A stretch of DNA of 64,000 bases from Myxococcota bacterium (GTDB taxonomy: Bacteria > Myxococcota_C > UBA6777): the NCBI GenBank assembly GCA_023150835.1, contig JAKLKB010000011.1, forward strand, positions 1-64,000, written 5' to 3'. Of the stretch, positions 58,360 through 64,000 are shown in pieces. Below the pieces are notes generated by a model. That model had not been told where the DNA came from. It ran no database searches and saw only the letters and a list, made by a program, of their open reading frames with translations. Both the position numbers and the translations under genes were made by a program. The number at the start of each line of letters is the position of its first letter. The first letter of the stretch is position 1.

Positions 58360-59433
58360 ATGATCAGCCATTCTCAAAAAACGATCGAACAAGTCAAAGA
58401 ATACTACGGAAAAACCCTTCAGACGAGCAACGACTTAAAGACCAGCGCCTGCTGCGCGACGGAAACGATGGATCCGACGCTCAAGGCGATCTTGCGTGAG
58501 ATCGACGACGAGATCCTCGCACGATTTTACGGATGTGGCTCGCCGATCCCCGCAGCGCTCGAAGGGACAACGATACTGGATCTCGGTTGTGGGACAGGCC
58601 GTGACGTGTATGTCCTGTCCAAACTGGTGGGCCCTTCTGGTCGTGTGATCGGTGTGGATATGACCGAAGAACAGATCGCCGTCGCTCAAAAACACGAACA
58701 GGCCCAAGCACAGCGCTTTGGTTACTCGATCCCAAACACTCGATTCCTTCGAGGATACATCGAAGATCTGCGATCGCTTGGGATCGAAGATCAGTCCGTT
58801 GACATCGTCGTTTCCAACTGCGTGATCAACCTGTCACCCGACAAAGAACGTGTCTTTTCCGAGATATTTCGCGTTCTCAAAAAAGGGGGCGAACTTTTCT
58901 TTTCGGATATCTTTGCGAACCGGCGCATCCCTGCCCACCTTCAACAAGATCCTGTCTTGCGGGGAGAATGTCTTGCGGGAGCGATGTATCTCGAAGACTT
59001 TCGACGGCTGCTGTTGCGCGTTGGATGCCCAGACTACCGTGTGGTCGCCTCATCGCCTGTCACGCTCGAACACGACGATATCGACCAACGCATCGGGATG
59101 ATCGACTTTACATCTTTGACGCTGCGCGCTTTTCGCCTTGATTCACTCGAAGATCGCTGCGAAGACTTCGGCCAAGTCGCCGTGTACAAAGGCTCGATAT
59201 CGGGCCATCCTCATCGCTTTGCGCTCGACGATCATCATCTCTTTGAAACAGGCCGTCCGATGCTCGTTTGCGGCAATACCGCCGCGATGCTCGGCGAAAC
59301 GCGCTTTGCCAAGCACTTTACAATTCAAGGGGATCGCTCTACACACTTCGGGCTGTTTGATTGTGGACCCACAACAGCCTTCCCGCGCTCCGCGCAAACC
59401 AACGAGCACACACAAACGGGCGGATGCTGTTAG
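58360..59433 (+). CDS. arsM: Arsenite methyltransferase-like (AS3MT-type) SAM methyltransferase
   Basis: YYGKTL...LKTSACC, FYGCG, LDLGCGTG, SNCVINL, GECLAGA, C-terminal CC. Confidence 0.8.
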   Translation: MISHSQKTIEQVKEYYGKTLQTSNDLKTSACCATETMDPTLKAILREIDDEILARFYGCGSPIPAALEGTTILDLGCGTGRDVYVLSKLVGPSGRVIGVDMTEEQIAVAQKHEQAQAQRFGYSIPNTRFLRGYIEDLRSLGIEDQSVDIVVSNCVINLSPDKERVFSEIFRVLKKGGELFFSDIFANRRIPAHLQQDPVLRGECLAGAMYLEDFRRLLLRVGCPDYRVVASSPVTLEHDDIDQRIGMIDFTSLTLRAFRLDSLEDRCEDFGQVAVYKGSISGHPHRFALDDHHLFETGRPMLVCGNTAAMLGETRFAKHFTIQGDRSTHFGLFDCGPTTAFPRSAQTNEHTQTGGCC

Positions 59434-59454
59434 CGCACAAGGGAGCACCCCAAC

Positions 59455-60264
59455 ATGGATATCCAAAGTTTTTTCAACTACCTCTGGCACGATTATATCG
59501 CCATCGCCCCCGCAGCGGGCGCTTTGCACCGCGCCCTCGAAAAACAACGCAGCGAAACCATCCACAACGATCATGTGGCATTTCGCACCTTTGACCTTGC
59601 CCCGATCCACCTCGAAGCCCTCGAACAGCACATCCTCGCCCTTGGTTATACCCGCTACGCCCCGTATCACTTCGCGGAGAAAAAACTTCGGGCCTTCGGA
59701 TACGTCCACCCCGATCGCTACCAGCCCAAGATCTTTTTGAGCGAGCTTGAAACGCGCTTTTTTAGCGAAACACTCCAGTCCACCGTACGAGATATCTGTC
59801 AACAGATCGATCCGTCCCGTGTATCGGACCCTTCGATCATGTGGGCAGGCCGCTTGTGGGAACCGATCGCTTACGAGACGTATCAAGCACTACTCGAAGA
59901 AAGCGAATATGCCGCATGGGTCGCTGCGATGGGCTTGCGCGCCAATCACTTTACCATCGACGTCAACGCCCTCAAGACCCTCCATTCGATCGAGGAGATG
60001 CTCGATTTCGTCGAGGCCCAAGGATACACCCTCAATACTTCGGGAGGGCGCATCAAAGGCTCTCCCGCCGTTCTTCTTGAACAAGGCTCGACGATGGCCG
60101 ACCAAGTCCCCGTATCCTTCGCCAACGGCGAGATCCACACTATCCCTTCTTGTTATTATGAGTTCGCTCGACGCTATCCCGATGCCAACGGCCAGCTATA
60201 TCAAGGCTTTGTTGCCGCCAGCGCCGACAAGATCTTCGAATCTACCGACGCCAAAAAAGCGTAG
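59455..60264 (+). CDS. DUF1338 (VOC-fold, hydroxyglutarate synthase-related) protein
   Basis: NDHVAFRT, ESEYAAW, NHFT, YYEFARR, QGFVAASADKIFEST. Confidence 0.88.
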   Translation: MDIQSFFNYLWHDYIAIAPAAGALHRALEKQRSETIHNDHVAFRTFDLAPIHLEALEQHILALGYTRYAPYHFAEKKLRAFGYVHPDRYQPKIFLSELETRFFSETLQSTVRDICQQIDPSRVSDPSIMWAGRLWEPIAYETYQALLEESEYAAWVAAMGLRANHFTIDVNALKTLHSIEEMLDFVEAQGYTLNTSGGRIKGSPAVLLEQGSTMADQVPVSFANGEIHTIPSCYYEFARRYPDANGQLYQGFVAASADKIFESTDAKKA

Positions 60265-60279
60265 AGAGACAGCCCGCCC

Positions 60280-60725
60280 ATGCAAGCGATCTTTTTTGAC
60301 AAACCGCCCAAGCGACAGGAGCCACCCTCTACAACGGCGAATTTGGCAACCGCACGATGCTCGGGGGGTTTGATGTGGTCTATGATTGCGTCGGCACCCA
60401 CGCAACGCTCCAACAATCTCTCCGCCTCACACGCGCCGGTGGTACGGTCGTTTTGGAAGGCGTGTATTTGCATCGGATGCGTATCGATCTCACACCTGTC
60501 TGGCATCAAGAAGTCGATCTGATCGGCACGATCGCACACGGGCGCGAGTCTTGGCAAGGCGAAACCATCGACACCTTTTCGCTCACAGCACGCCTGATCC
60601 GCGAAAACAAGATCTCCTGCAAAGACTTGATCACACATCGCTTTCCACTCGCTCGATGGAAAGAAGCCATCCAAACTGCCGTCGACAAACGCACGCACAG
60701 CATCAAAGTGGTCTTCGACCTCTGA
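60280..60725 (+). pseudogene. Zn-dependent (MDR) dehydrogenase remnant with a large internal deletion
   Basis: Start MQAIFFDK joined out of frame to the C-terminal GGFDVVYDCVG...RAGGTVVLEG...LITHRFPL...IKVVF. Confidence 0.75.
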
Positions 60726-60777
60726 GGTCGATACGAGGCCAAGCCCGCCCCGATCAACTCGGCTGCATCGCTCCTCT

Positions 60778-61407
60778 CTACGATCCACCGGCAGAGGGTT
60801 TGTGTGCGCTGCCTGCGTAGATCGGAAAGGGGTTCCAAAAGCTCGTCTGGATCGGGCGAAAGCGCTCGTGCAAAAATCCCGCTTCGGTCAGCAAAGTATG
60901 TGGATCGCGATCAAGATGACAACCACCTGCGACTTTTTTCCATACAGGCGTCATCCAGCGCTGCACCGAACGCATCGCATTGTGGGGTGATGCCGTGTGT
61001 TCGATGTAGTGCAACGCCCCATCTGGCCGCAAGACACGAAAGATCTCACGGATCGCTCGTTGGATCTCGGGGATCGTACAAAATACCCACGTCACCATCA
61101 CCGCATCAAAGAACGCCTCTGGAAAAGGCAGATCTTCTGCACCTGTCTGCACAAACTCAACGGAGACATTGTGCTGTATGGCCCGTTTTTTGGCGACTTC
61201 CAACAAAACAGGATCAGGTTCGATCGCATACAGCGCTTCAACAGGCCCATAATAGGGAAGATTCAGACCTGTCCCCACACCGATCTCCAACACTTTCCCC
61301 GAGGCGTTTGCGATCGTTCGGCCTCGCAACCGCTCTAACGGGGACATCACCACTTCCATCATATACGCCGAAAACGGCATCTTGGGGCGTTTGGTAGGTA
61401 CACTCAT
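60778..61407 (-). CDS. Class I SAM-dependent methyltransferase (Methyltransf_11)
   Basis: VLEIGVGTG, AEDLPF, EIFRVLRPDG, GGCHLDR. Confidence 0.9.
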   Translation of the reverse strand: MSVPTKRPKMPFSAYMMEVVMSPLERLRGRTIANASGKVLEIGVGTGLNLPYYGPVEALYAIEPDPVLLEVAKKRAIQHNVSVEFVQTGAEDLPFPEAFFDAVMVTWVFCTIPEIQRAIREIFRVLRPDGALHYIEHTASPHNAMRSVQRWMTPVWKKVAGGCHLDRDPHTLLTEAGFLHERFRPIQTSFWNPFPIYAGSAHKPSAGGS

Positions 61408-61477
61408 CGCTTCGCTCCGTATCAAACGGTTTCTATCGCAACGCACCCAAAAGCCTGTTGTGCTTTTCGGCGCACCT

Positions 61478-61592
61478 GCTCAAGAGCCACCAAAGGGGCA
61501 AATCTTTTCACGACCATCGTTGTCTGGGGAAAGCGAGCGGAAAGCTGCGCACGCGCTCAAGAGCCACCAAAGGGGCAAATCTTTTCACGACC
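61478..61592. repeat. 38-nt exact direct repeat separated by a 39-nt unique spacer
   Basis: gctcaagagccaccaaaggggcaaatcttttcacgacc at 61478 and 61555. Confidence 0.9.
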
Positions 61593-61776
61593 CGTTCACC
61601 GAGCCTTCACAGGCCGTCAAAACAGCCGCGCTATCGAAGAACAGCGTCAGCCCTTGCCAGAACAGAAACGGATCTTGTAGAAGAACCGCCGATCGCGCAG
61701 ATGCACAAGACACTCTCGCGCAAAAGACAGGCAGCGCCCCACGAAAACATCCGCTCAATCCGAGCGAAGGAGTGCC

Positions 61777-62586
61777 ATGATACGGGAATATCTGTGGTCC
61801 AAAACCAAAGAACGACTCAAACAACCCTTTTATGCGGCTTATACGGAGCGCTTGCAAAGACAGGCGAAGACGTGGAAGCTACCACGACACGTCGGCATCA
61901 TCTTAGATGGAAATCGCCGATATGCCCGAAGCAGCGGCCTTGGAAGCGTGATCGATGGTCATGCACACGGTGCAGACAAGCTCAAAGAAGTGTTGGGTTG
62001 GTGCATGGAACTCCAGATCCCGATCATTACGATCTGGATCTTTTCGCTCGACAATTTCCAACGTGACGACGAAGAGGTCCAAGGACTGTTTCGTTTGATC
62101 GAACAGAAAACACACCAACTGCTCGAAGAACCCGATATCCATAAAAATCGGATGCGCATCCGCTACATCGGGCGATTAAACCTCTTGCCCGAGAGCCTCC
62201 AGCAAACCATCCAACACGCCGAAAAAACCACCGAGCATTACGACCGCTTTGTACTCAACATCGCCATCGCCTACGGTGGGCGCGAAGAGATCACGGATGC
62301 CTTTTGCCGCTATATGCAAAACAACGATCCCGAACGCAGCCTCCAAGAAGCTTTGCGCGATCTCTCCCCTGAAACCCTCACCCCCTATCTTTACACCGCT
62401 GGGATGCCCGACCCCGACCTGATCATCCGAACCAGCGGAGAGATCCGACTCTCTGGCTTTTTGCTCTGGCAAAGCGCTTATGCGGAGTATTACTTTTGCG
62501 ATACCCACTGGCCCGCCTTCCGCAAGCTCGATCTCTTACGCGCTGTCCGCTCTTATCACCTCCGCCAACGCCGCTTTGGTCGTTGA
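61777..62586 (+). CDS. uppS: cis-Prenyltransferase (UppS family)
   Basis: HVGIILDGNRR, FSLDNFQR, YGGREEI, PDPDLIIRTSGEIRLSGFLLWQ, RRFGR. Confidence 0.9.
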   Translation: MIREYLWSKTKERLKQPFYAAYTERLQRQAKTWKLPRHVGIILDGNRRYARSSGLGSVIDGHAHGADKLKEVLGWCMELQIPIITIWIFSLDNFQRDDEEVQGLFRLIEQKTHQLLEEPDIHKNRMRIRYIGRLNLLPESLQQTIQHAEKTTEHYDRFVLNIAIAYGGREEITDAFCRYMQNNDPERSLQEALRDLSPETLTPYLYTAGMPDPDLIIRTSGEIRLSGFLLWQSAYAEYYFCDTHWPAFRKLDLLRAVRSYHLRQRRFGR

Positions 62587-62598
62587 TGCGGGGCGTCT

Positions 62599-63136
62599 CT
62601 ATTTGAGGTGCTGTAGAAAAGCGATGATATCGTCGAGATGTTGGGTGGAAAGGACGGTGCTGTAATTGGGCATCACGTTGCGATCTCCCGCCAGTTCGAG
62701 CGAATCGGAGCGCAAGATCTTTTGGCGAAAGTAAGCGTGGTTACGCAAGATCGGCTTTCCGCTCGCCAACACCGCAGGGCGTCCATAGATCCCCTTCAAG
62801 GTCGGGCCTAGGCTGTCTTCGCCTGTAAACGTGTGACACATCGCGCAGCCATGCTTTTGCAACAAGGCCAGTGCTCGGGTGCGGATTGTAGGAGAAAGGG
62901 CGGGTGTTGGGGGGAATTCGGAGGCGTCAGCAGCGGTAGAGGGGCAGGCCTCTTCTTCGGCGATATCGCTTTTTTTGGGCTGAGCGGCTGCGCTTTTTTG
63001 AGGCTGAGCGGCTGCGCTTTTTTGAGGCTGAGCGGCTGCGCTTTTTTGAGGCTGAGCGGCTGCGCTTTTTTGAGGCTGGGCGGCTGCGCTTTTTTGAGGC
63101 TGGGCGGCTGCGCTTTTTTTGGGTTGGGTTATTTCA
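62599..63136 (-). CDS. Cytochrome c domain, probably the frameshifted C-terminal half of the adjacent gene
   Basis: CAMCH...LGPTLKG...MP; preceded by a QPQKSAAA linker; no signal peptide or RBS of its own. Confidence 0.65.
62968..63122. repeat. 24-nt tandem repeat (QPQKSAAA, about x6)
   Basis: cgcttttttgaggctgagcggctg repeated. Confidence 0.9.
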
Positions 63137-63703
63137 TTTTTTTTTTGTGAGCGAAAGCACGTAGTAAGCGAGCGCCCAACGATCTTTGGGGGGGATCTGT
63201 ACATAGGCCACCATCCCAGAGGCCGCGTTGGGGGAGCCCTTGCTCAAGACGCGATAGATATCAGCCGCTTTGTTTCCGTAGCGGTATCCGCCTGCATAGA
63301 AGTTGGTGGGCTTGATCGGCATTGCGAGTCCTGCGGGGCCATCGCCTTTTCCTTCGTTGCCATGACAAACGGTGCAGCCGTTTTGGGTATAGAGCGTTTT
63401 GCCATGAGCGATAAGGGCGGGTGTTTGGGCGGGTGCGTTGTTGTCGTCGTACACCACGACTTTTTCGACTTTGACACCGGGATACAACACGCGGTGTTTG
63501 CTTGCTGTATCGGTCGCAGAAGTGACCGTTTTGTTTTTGTCTTTGAGCCAAGCTTGCCAGACAGCGGCTTGTGCATCGGGGGGGGTTTGGCAGCTAATCA
63601 AGCCTAGGTTGCAAGCACGCTCGTCTTTTTCGCAGCCTGTGAGCGCCAACGCGCCCGACAGGACGAGGCCCAACGCAAAAAGAGTTTGAGAAGTAAAGCG
63701 CAT
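63134..63703 (-). CDS. Cytochrome c lipoprotein
   Basis: LALTGC lipobox; CTVCHGNEGKGDGP, distal M, RWALAYYV. Confidence 0.88.
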   Translation of the reverse strand: MRFTSQTLFALGLVLSGALALTGCEKDERACNLGLISCQTPPDAQAAVWQAWLKDKNKTVTSATDTASKHRVLYPGVKVEKVVVYDDNNAPAQTPALIAHGKTLYTQNGCTVCHGNEGKGDGPAGLAMPIKPTNFYAGGYRYGNKAADIYRVLSKGSPNAASGMVAYVQIPPKDRWALAYYVLSLTKKK

Positions 63704-63885
63704 CGTGTATGTCCTTTCTTTGGGCTCTCTGATCGTCACCCAGATCGCAGCGATCGATGGAAGAGAGCATGATCCCACTACGTTTCGTGCGGCATCTTCT
63801 TAACGCACACAACGCAGGGATGCAAGAGTCTTTGACGAAACACTTGGCGTAAAAAGCGATCGGCCTCGGATGGTCGGGAGGTTGG

Positions 63886-64000
63886 ATGAGCGGTTGGTGG
63901 TTGGTGTTGGTGGTCTTTGTGATCGTGATCTGGGTGGTGATCGATACGTTGCGATGGGGGATATCGCCGATGCCCACGATGGGACGAGCGCGTCAAGCGA
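63886..64000 (+). CDS. 5' end of a membrane-anchored protein, possibly a methyltransferase (partial)
   Basis: GGAGG RBS; MSGWWLVLVVFVIVIWVVIDTLRWGISPMPT..., open to the window end. Confidence 0.5.
   Translation, partial: MSGWWLVLVVFVIVIWVVIDTLRWGISPMPTMGRARQA

Noticed and set aside
61458..62066. 202-aa ORF upstream of and overlapping uppS
   Set aside because: No recognisable motif; it spans the repeat unit and overlaps uppS out of frame.

Overview
About 64 kb of bacterial chromosome, probably from a myxobacterium (Myxococcota). This is inferred from three Hanks-type Ser/Thr kinases, HEAT-repeat proteins, Cys-rich EICDGxDNDCNG-repeat lipoproteins and Pro/Glu-linker lipoproteins. The window holds about 40 mostly unlinked genes, including rtcB, queE, hutH, an arsM-like methyltransferase, a cis-prenyltransferase, a GH1, an MFS transporter, two rhomboids and two tandem GT-C glycosyltransferases. 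It also has one tRNA-Tyr with promoter and terminator, a defective IS630, several MITE/REP-like dispersed repeats, many tandem repeats and several gene remnants. The most notable observations are: (1) CRISPR-like repeat-spacer-repeat insertions of 66-nt period in frame inside a HEAT-repeat gene, plus a 38+39+38 nt unit elsewhere, suggestive of ectopic spacer integration; (2) a SHOCT-kinase-FGE/C-lectin gene whose 3' end looks like a DGR variable region, with no RT or template in the window; (3) a secreted Tyr/Arg/Thr/Asn repeat protein beside two gene-converted GT-C transferases; (4) a diheme cytochrome c split by an A10 tract; (5) a secreted C2-domain ORF missed by the ORF track; (6) a G/C strand-skew reversal near 11.4 kb. 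No cas, RT, integrase or phage structural genes were recognised. All calls come from motif reading by eye, with no database searches.
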